A stretch of 50,696 bases of DNA from Actinomycetota bacterium (GTDB lineage Bacteria > Actinomycetota > CADDZG01 > JAHWKV01), in NCBI GenBank assembly GCA_039929185.1, contig JBDSRR010000140.1, positions 1 to 50,696 on the forward strand, read 5' to 3'. The notes beneath the pieces were generated by a model. The model worked only from the letters and a program-made list of their open reading frames with translations, did no database searches and had not been told where the DNA came from. Shown here piece after piece: positions 17,993-26,660 of this stretch; the stretch's first letter is position 1; the number at the start of each line of letters is the position of its first letter. The position numbers were made by a program, and so were the translations under genes.

Positions 17993-19117
17993 ATGAAGTT
18001 CGAAACCCGAGCCATCCATGTTGGACAGGATGCCGATCCGACCACGGGAGCGGCGGTGGTTCCCATCTACCAAACGTCAACCTACGTGCAGGACGAAGTT
18101 GGTCAGCATAAAGGCTATGAATATTCTAGAACCGGTAACCCCACGAGAACTGCACTTGAGCAGGTTCTGGCATCGATCGAAGAAGCACGGTTCGGACTAG
18201 CTTTCGCATCCGGCATGGCGGCAGAAGATGCAGTGCTGCGACTTCTGAGCGCCGGTGATCATGTAGTACTTGGAGACGATGTCTATGGCGGCACTCGACG
18301 CCTTTTCGAGAAAGTCCTGGTGCGCTTCGGCATCACATTCACTGCGGTCGACACCGCTGATGTCGCTAAAGTCGAGGCTGCCATCCAGGCCAACACGAAG
18401 ATGCTTTGGGTCGAGACACCAACCAATCCATATCTGCGAATATGCGATATAGCCGCTGTCGCGCAGTTAGCTCATCATCACGACTTGCTCGTGATCGTCG
18501 ACAATACATTCGCAACTCCGTATCTTCAGCGTCCGCTAACCTTGGGTGCCGACATCGTTGTGCATTCCACGACCAAATACCTTGGCGGTCATTCCGATGT
18601 TGTTGGGGGCGCCGCGTGTCTCAATGATGAAGCCTTGAACGCGAAGTTGGCCTTTATCCAAAACGCCGTAGGTGCTGTGCCAGGGCCATTCGATTCGTGG
18701 CTTGTGCTGAGGGGCATCAAGACCCTGGGCATCCGTATGCGCGAGCATTGTCGCAACGCCATGCAGGTCGCCGAGTTCTTGAACGAACATCCTTCGGTAC
18801 TCAAGGTCTGGTATCCCGGATTGACAGAGCACCCCGGCCATGACATCGCTGCTAGGCAGATGGACGATTTTGGGGGAATGGTGTCGTTCGAGCTGAACTC
18901 GCGCGAAGAGGCGCTGCAGATGGTTTCGAAAACCAAACTGTTTTTCCTTGCCGAATCGCTCGGCGGCGTTGAGTCGCTCATCGAACACCCAGCAGCTATG
19001 ACTCATGCGAGTATCGCCGATACTCCATCGGCTGTTTCGGAAAATCTGGTTCGCATCTCCGTTGGCATCGAAGATGTGGACGACCTTATCGATGACTTGA
19101 AATCGGCTTTAGGCTAA
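17993..19117 (+). CDS. cystathionine gamma-lyase/gamma-synthase family PLP enzyme
   Basis: Cys/Met-metabolism PLP family motifs are present: YSRTGNPTR and HSTTKYLGGHSDVVGG (PLP lysine). The pairing with cbs points to reverse transsulfuration. Confidence 0.9.
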   Translation: MKFETRAIHVGQDADPTTGAAVVPIYQTSTYVQDEVGQHKGYEYSRTGNPTRTALEQVLASIEEARFGLAFASGMAAEDAVLRLLSAGDHVVLGDDVYGGTRRLFEKVLVRFGITFTAVDTADVAKVEAAIQANTKMLWVETPTNPYLRICDIAAVAQLAHHHDLLVIVDNTFATPYLQRPLTLGADIVVHSTTKYLGGHSDVVGGAACLNDEALNAKLAFIQNAVGAVPGPFDSWLVLRGIKTLGIRMREHCRNAMQVAEFLNEHPSVLKVWYPGLTEHPGHDIAARQMDDFGGMVSFELNSREEALQMVSKTKLFFLAESLGGVESLIEHPAAMTHASIADTPSAVSENLVRISVGIEDVDDLIDDLKSALG

Positions 19118-19126
19118 GGAGGACAA

Positions 19127-19894
19127 TTGAATATCAAAGGCAAGACGGCATTGGTCACCGGGGGCGCCTCCGGTCTGGGCAAAGCCACTATCGAGCAAAT
19201 GCTAGCTGCAGGAGCATCGGCGGTGATCGTCGACCTTCCCCATACCGATGGGCAAACTCTCGCTAAGGAACTGGGAGAACGAGTTCGGTTCGCACCCGCC
19301 GACGTTACGTCCGAGGAGGAAGTTTCCGCAGCTGTTGCCCTAGCCGCCGAGACGTTTGGTGGGCTTCATATAGTGGTCAATTGTGCTGGGGTTGGTTTTC
19401 CTGGAAGGGTGCTTGATAAGCAAGGTGAACCATTACCGTTGGAGCAATTCGAACTTGTTGTAAAGATCAACCTTATCGGGACGTTCAATGTCATCCGTTT
19501 GGCTGCGGCTCAGATGGCCAAGCAAGAGCCTGACGGCGAAGAGCGCGGCGTGATCGTTAACACCGCGTCGGTGGCAGCGTTCGATGGGCAGATAGGCCAG
19601 AACGCATATGGGGCTTCGAAAGCGGGCGTGGCTGGGATGACGCTGCCTTTGGCACGCGACCTGTCTTCGCAGAAGATCCGAGTGGTCACAATCGCACCCG
19701 GGACATTCGACACTCCGATGCTTGCGATGTTGCCTGAGCATATGCGCGACGCGTTGGCGGCACAGGTTCCGCATCCTCGAAGGCTGGGTCGAGCCGATGA
19801 ATATGCTGCCCTAGTCAAACACATCGTTGAAAATCCCATGCTCAACGGCGAGGTCATTCGTTTGGACGGGGCCCTTAGAATGCCCCCCAAGTGA
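19127..19894 (+). CDS. SDR-family 3-hydroxyacyl-CoA dehydrogenase (type II/HSD10-like)
   Basis: TTG start. [10 protein letters not shown] is present, the catalytic motif is YGASKAGV, and the C-terminus [15 protein letters not shown] is typical. Confidence 0.85.
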   Translation: MNIKGKTALVTGGASGLGKATIEQMLAAGASAVIVDLPHTDGQTLAKELGERVRFAPADVTSEEEVSAAVALAAETFGGLHIVVNCAGVGFPGRVLDKQGEPLPLEQFELVVKINLIGTFNVIRLAAAQMAKQEPDGEERGVIVNTASVAAFDGQIGQNAYGASKAGVAGMTLPLARDLSSQKIRVVTIAPGTFDTPMLAMLPEHMRDALAAQVPHPRRLGRADEYAALVKHIVENPMLNGEVIRLDGALRMPPK

Positions 19895-20583
19895 GCGACT
19901 TAACGGTTACATTGGAGCCCATGGAGGACGATTCCCAACCCAAGCCGGTGCGAGTGATCCTCGCTGACGATCATCAGGTTATTCGCCAAGGTCTAAAGGC
20001 GATGCTCGATTCGGTGTCCGAGGTTGAAGTAGTTGCCGAGGCTTCGAGTGGACGAGAGCTCCTGGGTCTAGTCAAGGCCCATTCGCCAGACGTTGTCGTT
20101 GTCGACATCCGCATGCCGGACATGGACGGACTTGAGGCCGTGCGAACCATCCGGCAGGAGCACCCCAACGTGAAGGCCATGATGTTGACGGTGCACGATG
20201 AAGAGTCTTACGTGCATGAAGCCATCAGTGCTGGTGCTTCTGGTTATCTATTGAAAACAGTTACAACGGATGAACTAGTTCGAGGCATCCTGACCGTTGC
20301 GTCGGGCAAGGCCATGCTCCATCCCTTAATCACCCGCCACTTGATCGACGAATTTGCCGCGATGTCCAAACGTTCGCCAAAGCCTGTTAAGCAGCTCTCC
20401 AAGCGCGAACAGGATGTTCTACAACTTCTTGCCTATGGAAAGTCGAATAAGGAGATCGCGCGGGAACTGGCCATCGGGGCACAAACCGTTAAGACTCACG
20501 TTTCTCACATCTTCACGAAGTTGGGTGCTGCGGACCGTACGGGGGCAGTTGCGCTCGCGCTTCGTCAAGGTTTAGTCGAATAA
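19891..20583 (+). CDS. NarL/LuxR-family response regulator, with no cognate kinase adjacent
   Basis: The receiver domain reads [14 protein letters not shown]...[12 protein letters not shown]. The LuxR HTH reads [40 protein letters not shown]. Confidence 0.9.
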   Translation: MSDLTVTLEPMEDDSQPKPVRVILADDHQVIRQGLKAMLDSVSEVEVVAEASSGRELLGLVKAHSPDVVVVDIRMPDMDGLEAVRTIRQEHPNVKAMMLTVHDEESYVHEAISAGASGYLLKTVTTDELVRGILTVASGKAMLHPLITRHLIDEFAAMSKRSPKPVKQLSKREQDVLQLLAYGKSNKEIARELAIGAQTVKTHVSHIFTKLGAADRTGAVALALRQGLVE

Positions 20584-21196
20584 CCGTTGCCTCACTGATC
20601 ACCCGGTCGACAAGGTCGATCAACACTGCCTCAAACACCCTGCCCAGCGGCCCCCCTTCACCGGCTGCTCCGGCGGTGACCCATGCAGGACTATGGGTCT
20701 GGTCCACGACGGTCTTGTGCAGGTGTCCCGACAGGACGAGCACCGTGTTCGGCCCGGCATCGCGCACCATCTTGCGATTGTGAACCGCCACGACGTCCAC
20801 TCCTTCGGGCACCGGGTTTTCGGTTGCGGCATGTTCACAGGCTGAGTTGTCGTACGGCTTGCCGAACAGTTTGGTTCGGTTGGGATCGCGATATCCCCAG
20901 AACTTGAGTCCGGCGACCTCCACCACACCTGAATCATCGAGCACATTGGCACCTCGACGTCTCATTGCTTCGATAGTTACGCGGCCGTCGTGATTGCCCG
21001 GCGCGAACACAAGAGGGCATGCTGGCTCTGGGACCAGCAAGAGAAAAAACCTCTCCCACCATCCGCCGATACCCGATAGATCTCCGGTGTCGACTACGAC
21101 GTCGCATCCCGATGTCAGCGCAAATTTCATAGCGAAGCGGGCTGCGCGCAGGTTGTTGTGGATGTCTGAGACGTGAAGGATCCTAACGTTGCCCAA
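20513..21196 (-). CDS. metallophosphoesterase (calcineurin-like; candidate cyclic-nucleotide phosphodiesterase)
   Basis: I chose TTG 21196, which is 2 nt after the NTF2-like gene stop and gives MGNVRILHVSDIH. MPE motifs are DIH, TGDLSG, GNHD and SGHLH. The track N-terminal extension to 21514 is Arg-rich and overlaps the upstream gene, so I rejected it. The 3' end overlaps the convergent regulator gene by 71 nt. Confidence 0.7.
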   Translation of the reverse strand: MGNVRILHVSDIHNNLRAARFAMKFALTSGCDVVVDTGDLSGIGGWWERFFLLLVPEPACPLVFAPGNHDGRVTIEAMRRRGANVLDDSGVVEVAGLKFWGYRDPNRTKLFGKPYDNSACEHAATENPVPEGVDVVAVHNRKMVRDAGPNTVLVLSGHLHKTVVDQTHSPAWVTAGAAGEGGPLGRVFEAVLIDLVDRVISEATVIRLNLDEARAQLPPYGPQHPTS

Positions 21197-21198
21197 CG

Positions 21199-21660
21199 TT
21201 ACCTGCTGATGTATTTGTCGAGTCGATTCATCGCCGTGGCTCGGATCTTGTTTTGCAGGAACGGTAAGCCGCCGAAGAGTCGGCCTGGCAATCCGAGCGC
21301 TTGCGAAGCCCACGAATGTAGGTCGAACGAATCGCGATGGACGATGATCTTGTCGTCCATGAACTCGAAGCTGGCGTCGATGCGGTTGTGTACTTTGCGT
21401 CCAGTGGTGAAGGTGTATCTGGCTTCCCAATGGGCGCTGCCGTTGCTGCCATCTGTCGCAACGTCGCCGAGCTCGATGCTCAGATCCGACCCGCCTTCGC
21501 AAAGCATCTTCCACATAGCCCCAGCGCGCGGACCCTTAAGATCGGTGAAAACGGGGTCGGAGAACTGAACCTCTGGGTGATAGCAAGCGGCCATTCCGTT
21601 ACCGTCGCGCGCCTGAAATGCTGCATAGAAGTTCCTGATCGTAGTTTCATTCTGTTCCAC
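21199..21660 (-). CDS. NTF2-like / SnoaL_2 family protein
   Basis: I chose GTG 21660, with AGGAGG (21667-21672) 6 nt upstream. This start overlaps the cyclase-STAND stop by 14 nt. The NTF2-fold pattern is IRNFYAAFQARDGNGMAACYHPEVQFSDPVF ... HWEARYTF ... DKIIVHRDSFD. Confidence 0.75.
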   Translation of the reverse strand: MEQNETTIRNFYAAFQARDGNGMAACYHPEVQFSDPVFTDLKGPRAGAMWKMLCEGGSDLSIELGDVATDGSNGSAHWEARYTFTTGRKVHNRIDASFEFMDDKIIVHRDSFDLHSWASQALGLPGRLFGGLPFLQNKIRATAMNRLDKYISR

Positions 21661-24600
21661 TATCCACCTCCTGGGATCTAAGATTCGTTGAAGGGCCGAG
21701 CGCGAATTCCACAGCTTCGTCAATAGTCATCGCCTTGCCCTCATGCCACGCTTTATCGAACAAGGCTTCGTCTAAGCCATTGTGCAACAAGGCTACGTCA
21801 TTGTCGTAATCTCCCCGGCTGACGGGAGGGATCGAAGAGTGAGCGGTTTGCCGCATAGTTTCCGCGGCACCAAACAAGCGTGCGGCGCGTTCAAGTTCGC
21901 CTTTGTCAGCCGCCAGTCCTGCAAGTAGCTCCAGGCTTTCGGGGATCTGGGGGCGCAATCCTGCGTCGCGCACCAAGGTCAACGCTTCACGTAGCAAACT
22001 ATCGGCTTGCAATGTGTTTCCTTCGGCCCTGGCCAACAACCCCAAGCTCGCGAGGGGTCCAGCGATCAAGATCGGTATACCTAACTCGCGAGATATCGCA
22101 AGGGATTCACCGAGCAGCGGGCCTGCCGCGACAAGATCGTTCTGCGCTCGCGCGGTTTCTCCCAAACCGTGAATAAAAGCGGCCGCGAGCCTCCTGTTAT
22201 CCGTGGGTCGCACCATCGAAACGCACTCTTCCCAGAGTGCGCGTGCTGCGGGTAAGTCGCCTTGATAGTACGCGATCCCTCCAGTCAAACCGAGCGCCGC
22301 CGCAGTAGTCAGATCGCCGCTAATCTCGCGGTAGATGGTGAGGCACTCCTCGGCGATGGCCCGGGCCTCGTCATAGTCCTGGTTCGCCAGAGCCGCATTG
22401 GCGAGTCCGGTCAGCCAGGCAACCTCCCCTGAATCCCGTACGATCGAAACTGCTTCTGCCCACGAGGAAGCCGCAGATTCATGGTCACCCCGCATCCTCG
22501 CCAGGGGGACACGTTGGGCGAGCAACAGTCTCATGCCTTGTCTGTCTCCTATTTCCCGGGCGATCGCCAGCCCTTCCTCAAGCAGATCGTGCTCTTTTTT
22601 GAAGTCCCCATCTTCATGGGCAAGAAAGGCAAGGATGTACGTGAACCTGGTGGTGGCCACGGCTCCCTTCTGCTTGCGAGACAGACCCAACCCCTCTTCG
22701 GCCAATAGGTGTGCCGTGGCGCGGTCTCCGGTTGCTAAAGCAACTTGGATCAGTCCCCCAAGCGTCGTTCCTTGCAAGAACAGGTTGTCAATTTCTCGGG
22801 CAAGCACGAGGTTCTCAGCTAACAACAACCGCGCTTTGGTCATATCTCCTTCGTAAAGTGCGACGAGGGCGCGGTCCCTTTGGGCAGCCGCAATCCCCCA
22901 TTTGAATCCAGTGGCGGTGGAGATCTCCAGACATTCGCCGGCGAGTTCGGATGTCATCCGTAGGTCTCCGGTGAGGAGCGCCAGCCAGGATCGTGCAGCA
23001 AGCGCTCTGGCGCGGACCTCTGGCAAAGGCTCTCCCGGTTTTGAGAGTGCTTGATCGAGCCAACTGGCGCCCTCACTTAAGTAGCCACTGATCGACCAAA
23101 AATGCAGGAGGTCAGCCGCCAACAGCAGCGCTGGTGTCGGATCTGCCTCGCCGAGACTCCATTCGAAAGCCGCACGGATGTTGTCATGTTCGGATTCAAG
23201 AACCTTGAGTGATTCTCCGACCGCTGCACCCGGCAACTCCTCCTCCCAAGCTTGCTCCGCAACGGAGAGGTAGTAATCCCGGTGGGCGATCCGAAGTGCC
23301 TCGGCACCTTCCGACTCGTAGGCTTTCTCTCGGCCGTATTGGCGGATCGTTTCCAATAACTTAAAACGCGCAGCGGAGCCGATGGTGTCCTTCTGCACGA
23401 GCGACTTGGAAACAAGGTTCGTAAGGTGTTGCAGTATCTCCTGAGCATTCAGTCCACCGCCAGCACAAACGGCCTCAGCTGCTTCGAGGGTGAAGCCACC
23501 AGCGAATACTGAGAGCCTGGCTAGCAGAAGTCGTTCTTGATCGTTAAGGAGTCTGTAACTCCAATCGACAGCGGCGCGCAGAGTTTGCTGGCGCTCGAGT
23601 GCGGTCCTGCTGCCTCCGATCAGCAAGCGAAACGTGTCATCGAGGCGCGCAGCTATCTGTTGTGGTGTAAGCGCAGTGACTTGGGCGGCGGCCAGTTCGA
23701 TCGCAAGCGGAATGCCTTCGAGCCTGCGACAGATCTGCGCGATCGCGGGAGCGTTATCGGCACTTACAACGAAATCGCTTTGCACTTGGGCTGCTCGGTC
23801 TTCGAACAGAAGGACCGCTTGGTAACTACTCATCTCATGCACAGCAGGCATATGGTCAGGGTCGGGCGTCGACAGTGATGGGACTCGAAAACTTGTCTCG
23901 CCCGCAACCCCAAGCGGTTCGCGCGAAGTCGCGACGATCCGCAGATTCGTGCATGAATGCAGAAGCATGTGTGACAATTCCGCGCAGGCTGAAATGAGGT
24001 GCTCGCAGTTATCCAAAACCATGACTGTGGATTTCGAGCGGATGTGGTCGGCAAGTCTCTTGGCCGAATCTCTGTTGTCGTTGGGGCTCTCGCCGGTTTC
24101 GATCATCGATCCGGATTGACGTAAACCTAAGGCGTGGGCGGCACTTTGGGCAACGAGGGCTGGGTCAGACACGGGGGCAAGGTCGACGAACCAAACGCCC
24201 TGCGACTCGGAGTCAAGAAGGTCCGCAGCAGCGTGAACAGCAAGACGAGTCTTGCCGCAGCCAGCCGCGCCGGTGAGTGTCACCATCCGGCTGTTCGAAA
24301 GGATCTTCTTGAGATCGATCATCTCCTGTTCCCTTCCGACGAACGATGTGAGCTGTACCGGCAGATTATTCGGAAGGGACTCAAGAGAATTGAGTGAAGG
24401 GAACTTCTCAAGCAGGTCTGGGTGGACCAATTGGTAAACGCGCTCCTTGCTGGCAAGATCCTTCAGAAGGTGCATACCAAGGTCCTTCAGGTGTGAACCA
24501 CCGGGAAGCCTGTCGCCCACAACCTCGGATGTGGCCTGAGAAACGAGTACTTGTCCTCCATGTCCTATGGCGCGAAGCCGTGCGGCGCGGTTGAGGGCTG

Positions 24601-24967
24601 GCCCGAAGTAGTTGCTCTCGTCGCGTAGTTCGATCTCGCCGGTATGCACCGCCATTCTTACGCGCAGCTCGATGTCTTCGGGCCAAGGCTCGTGAGCAAG
24701 GGCGCGCTGGAATTGCACTGCACATGCGAGAGCGTCGGTTGCGCGAGCAAAAGCACACAGGATGCTGTCTCCTTCTCCCTGATCTTTCGGGCGTTGTCCG
24801 CCCGTTTCGCTGATTGCAGCCTGCGCTATCTCATCGTGACGCGACACAACCTTGCGCATCGCTGCAGGATGTGCTTCCCATAGCGAGGTAGATCCCTCGA
24901 TGTCGGTCATGAGAAAAGTAACGGTGCCGGTAGGGAGCACGGAGAGGTCTGGTGTGCCGGGTGCCAT
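21647..24967 (-). CDS. class III nucleotide cyclase - STAND (NB-ARC/AfsR-type) NTPase - TPR array protein, 1106 aa
   Basis: Cyclase domain: VTFLMTDIEGST, GEGDSILCAF and FGPALNRAARL. Walker A is LTGAAGCGKT (24248-24271) and Walker B is VMVLDNCEHL. More than 500 aa of TPR-like repeats follow. I see no C-terminal LuxR HTH. Confidence 0.9.
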   Translation of the reverse strand: MAPGTPDLSVLPTGTVTFLMTDIEGSTSLWEAHPAAMRKVVSRHDEIAQAAISETGGQRPKDQGEGDSILCAFARATDALACAVQFQRALAHEPWPEDIELRVRMAVHTGEIELRDESNYFGPALNRAARLRAIGHGGQVLVSQATSEVVGDRLPGGSHLKDLGMHLLKDLASKERVYQLVHPDLLEKFPSLNSLESLPNNLPVQLTSFVGREQEMIDLKKILSNSRMVTLTGAAGCGKTRLAVHAAADLLDSESQGVWFVDLAPVSDPALVAQSAAHALGLRQSGSMIETGESPNDNRDSAKRLADHIRSKSTVMVLDNCEHLISACAELSHMLLHSCTNLRIVATSREPLGVAGETSFRVPSLSTPDPDHMPAVHEMSSYQAVLLFEDRAAQVQSDFVVSADNAPAIAQICRRLEGIPLAIELAAAQVTALTPQQIAARLDDTFRLLIGGSRTALERQQTLRAAVDWSYRLLNDQERLLLARLSVFAGGFTLEAAEAVCAGGGLNAQEILQHLTNLVSKSLVQKDTIGSAARFKLLETIRQYGREKAYESEGAEALRIAHRDYYLSVAEQAWEEELPGAAVGESLKVLESEHDNIRAAFEWSLGEADPTPALLLAADLLHFWSISGYLSEGASWLDQALSKPGEPLPEVRARALAARSWLALLTGDLRMTSELAGECLEISTATGFKWGIAAAQRDRALVALYEGDMTKARLLLAENLVLAREIDNLFLQGTTLGGLIQVALATGDRATAHLLAEEGLGLSRKQKGAVATTRFTYILAFLAHEDGDFKKEHDLLEEGLAIAREIGDRQGMRLLLAQRVPLARMRGDHESAASSWAEAVSIVRDSGEVAWLTGLANAALANQDYDEARAIAEECLTIYREISGDLTTAAALGLTGGIAYYQGDLPAARALWEECVSMVRPTDNRRLAAAFIHGLGETARAQNDLVAAGPLLGESLAISRELGIPILIAGPLASLGLLARAEGNTLQADSLLREALTLVRDAGLRPQIPESLELLAGLAADKGELERAARLFGAAETMRQTAHSSIPPVSRGDYDNDVALLHNGLDEALFDKAWHEGKAMTIDEAVEFALGPSTNLRSQEVDSGTE

Positions 24968-25005
24968 GCTGAGGAGTCTAGTGCCCCGCGCCTAACCACG
25001 ATGTC

Positions 25006-25042
25006 CGCGTCAGGATGCACGTGTCACGTGCGGATCGACGCG
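25006..25042. promoter_or_regulatory. nested inverted repeat, possible operator, upstream of the cyclase-STAND gene
   Basis: The core is a perfect 7-1-7 palindrome, GCACGTG-T-CACGTGC, at 25017-25031. It is flanked by CGCGTC (25006-25011) and GACGCG (25037-25042). It lies 50-64 nt upstream of start 24967, in the 87-bp spacer after the MFS gene. Confidence 0.3.
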
Positions 25043-25054
25043 CACCTCGTGAAA

Positions 25055-26338
25055 CTATGGTGCTTGGCTGATCACCTCAAGTTCTTTGCCAGCAGTTTCG
25101 GGGAGTTTGCGCAAAACGAAGATGGCCGGTATGTACGCGAGAGCGGCTAACGTCACTGCTCCCGCGAGGTTGCCAACGACTGGGCCTATCAAGGGCAAGT
25201 CCGGCAATCTTCCTGTCATCCTTCGGTCCGCTAGCAGGCCAACCATTACCGGACCCGCGATAGCGCCTAGGGTGCCAAGAACTGAGCGCGCGAATGCCAC
25301 GGCCGTTGCCCGGATTTCGGTTGGGAACAGTTCCGAGGAGATGGCGCCAAGCACTGGTGCTATCCCGAAACCGAAGAAAACCGCAAGAACCATCACTGGA
25401 AACATCGTCGCCGGGGTGGGTACATGGAACGTGGCCACCCCGAATACAAGTCCTGCAGACATGAACAGGGTTCCGGTTCTCCTGCGCCCTATGCGGTCTT
25501 GCAGTCTTCCGGCTACGAAGAAACCGGAAACTCCCAAAGGATAGGCGGTGGCAAGAAGCCAAGTTATGGTCGACTCTGAGAAGTGCCGCTGCTCTTTCGC
25601 GAATAACGGCCACCATGTTGCGCCCCCAAGCAGGGCGAAATGAACTAAGAAGAAAACGGCGCCAACAGTGAACAGTTCTCTGCGGTGAGGGCCACGCAGC
25701 ACTTTAGAAGCTGGGGTGTGGGCGAGTTTTACGCCCGCTTCCTTGGCCGCCACATAGCGTTTGGTTTCCCTTAGTTTCGTCCTGAGGAAAGCAGTTACTA
25801 CCAAAGGGAGTAAGCCAACCAGGTAGACCGCTCTCCATCCGAGGGCAGTGTTGCGAACGAGCAGATGAACTATCGCTACTACGGGCAGACCAAATGCCCC
25901 GAATGCAGTAAGGGTTCCGAGCGCCCGTCCGCGCCTTTGTGCGGGGAACTCCTCGGTGACCATCGTGATCGCTGTCGCATATTCAGCGATCAAGAAGGCG
26001 CGCGCGAAGAATTGAAAGACGATAAAGACCGTAAGGTTTTGCGCCGTGGCGGTTAGGCCCGTGAAAAGGGCGTACATCAGAGTCGTGCCTATCAGCAGAG
26101 GCTTACGACCAAAGCGATCGCCGAGAGCCGTTATGAAGATCGCACCGAAGGATCCGAGGCCTATGGCGATCAAAGGTCCGGTAAGCCTTGTCGTTTCTGT
26201 GACATCGATGCCGAAGTCGCGGGCAAGATCGCGAAGCACTATCGCGTTGACTGCTGAGTCGTAGCCTTCGAAAAATGTTGCAGTCGCTAGAAGGATGATG
26301 AGTCGTCGCAGATAAGATGACTCTTGTTGCGCCTCCAA
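25055..26338 (-). CDS. MFS transporter
   Basis: The product is 427 aa with about 12 TM helices. The MFS loop motif GDRFGRKPLL is present, and the second half has RLQDRIGRRRT. Confidence 0.9.
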   Translation of the reverse strand: MEAQQESSYLRRLIILLATATFFEGYDSAVNAIVLRDLARDFGIDVTETTRLTGPLIAIGLGSFGAIFITALGDRFGRKPLLIGTTLMYALFTGLTATAQNLTVFIVFQFFARAFLIAEYATAITMVTEEFPAQRRGRALGTLTAFGAFGLPVVAIVHLLVRNTALGWRAVYLVGLLPLVVTAFLRTKLRETKRYVAAKEAGVKLAHTPASKVLRGPHRRELFTVGAVFFLVHFALLGGATWWPLFAKEQRHFSESTITWLLATAYPLGVSGFFVAGRLQDRIGRRRTGTLFMSAGLVFGVATFHVPTPATMFPVMVLAVFFGFGIAPVLGAISSELFPTEIRATAVAFARSVLGTLGAIAGPVMVGLLADRRMTGRLPDLPLIGPVVGNLAGAVTLAALAYIPAIFVLRKLPETAGKELEVISQAP

Positions 26339-26626
26339 CTAGCTGCGGGAGCGATTCGCCCTGCGAGCTTTGATCGCAGCGAACCGTCGCCGAACCTGAA
26401 ACAACGTTCGCTTTGCCCATTTGAACTCCCAAGACAAAACTGTCAGGCCAGCAAACAGCAGGGGTAGAGTAAAGGGGCCGGGCAGGGGGATCAAGAGCAG
26501 ACCGGCTACGATCAGCGCGCCTCCCAATATCCCGATCGCAACTCTTCGGGTGTGCTTGATAGCCACTGTAAGTGGAAGTTCCTGCGTATCGTCCCGTCGG
26601 AACTGCTGAGTATCGTTTGGGCCCAT
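26339..26626 (-). CDS. PGPGW-family small membrane protein
   Basis: [31 protein letters not shown] matches the PGPGW family pattern. I chose ATG 26626 because the track start at 26776 overlaps glpX. The start is uncertain because GGAGG sits only 1 nt from the ATG. Confidence 0.6.
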   Translation of the reverse strand: MGPNDTQQFRRDDTQELPLTVAIKHTRRVAIGILGGALIVAGLLLIPLPGPFTLPLLFAGLTVLSWEFKWAKRTLFQVRRRFAAIKARRANRSRS

Positions 26627-26660
26627 GCCTCCAAGGATTACATGCTTTAGGATTTCCCAA

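Noticed and set aside
21197-21514. The track gives a 106-codon N-terminal extension to the metallophosphoesterase ORF (20513..21514).
   Set aside because: The extension is Arg/His/Gln-rich low-complexity sequence that lies entirely over the NTF2-like gene in another frame. The conserved MPE N-terminus (RILHVSDIH) begins right after TTG 21196.
21647-24967. I considered calling the cyclase-STAND-TPR protein a bona fide antiphage system (Pycsar-, CBASS- or Avs-like).
   Set aside because: No cNMP-binding effector, nuclease, TIR, SIR2 or pore-forming partner is present. The architecture is common among actinobacterial regulatory proteins. It is kept as a hypothesis in the findings, not as a call.
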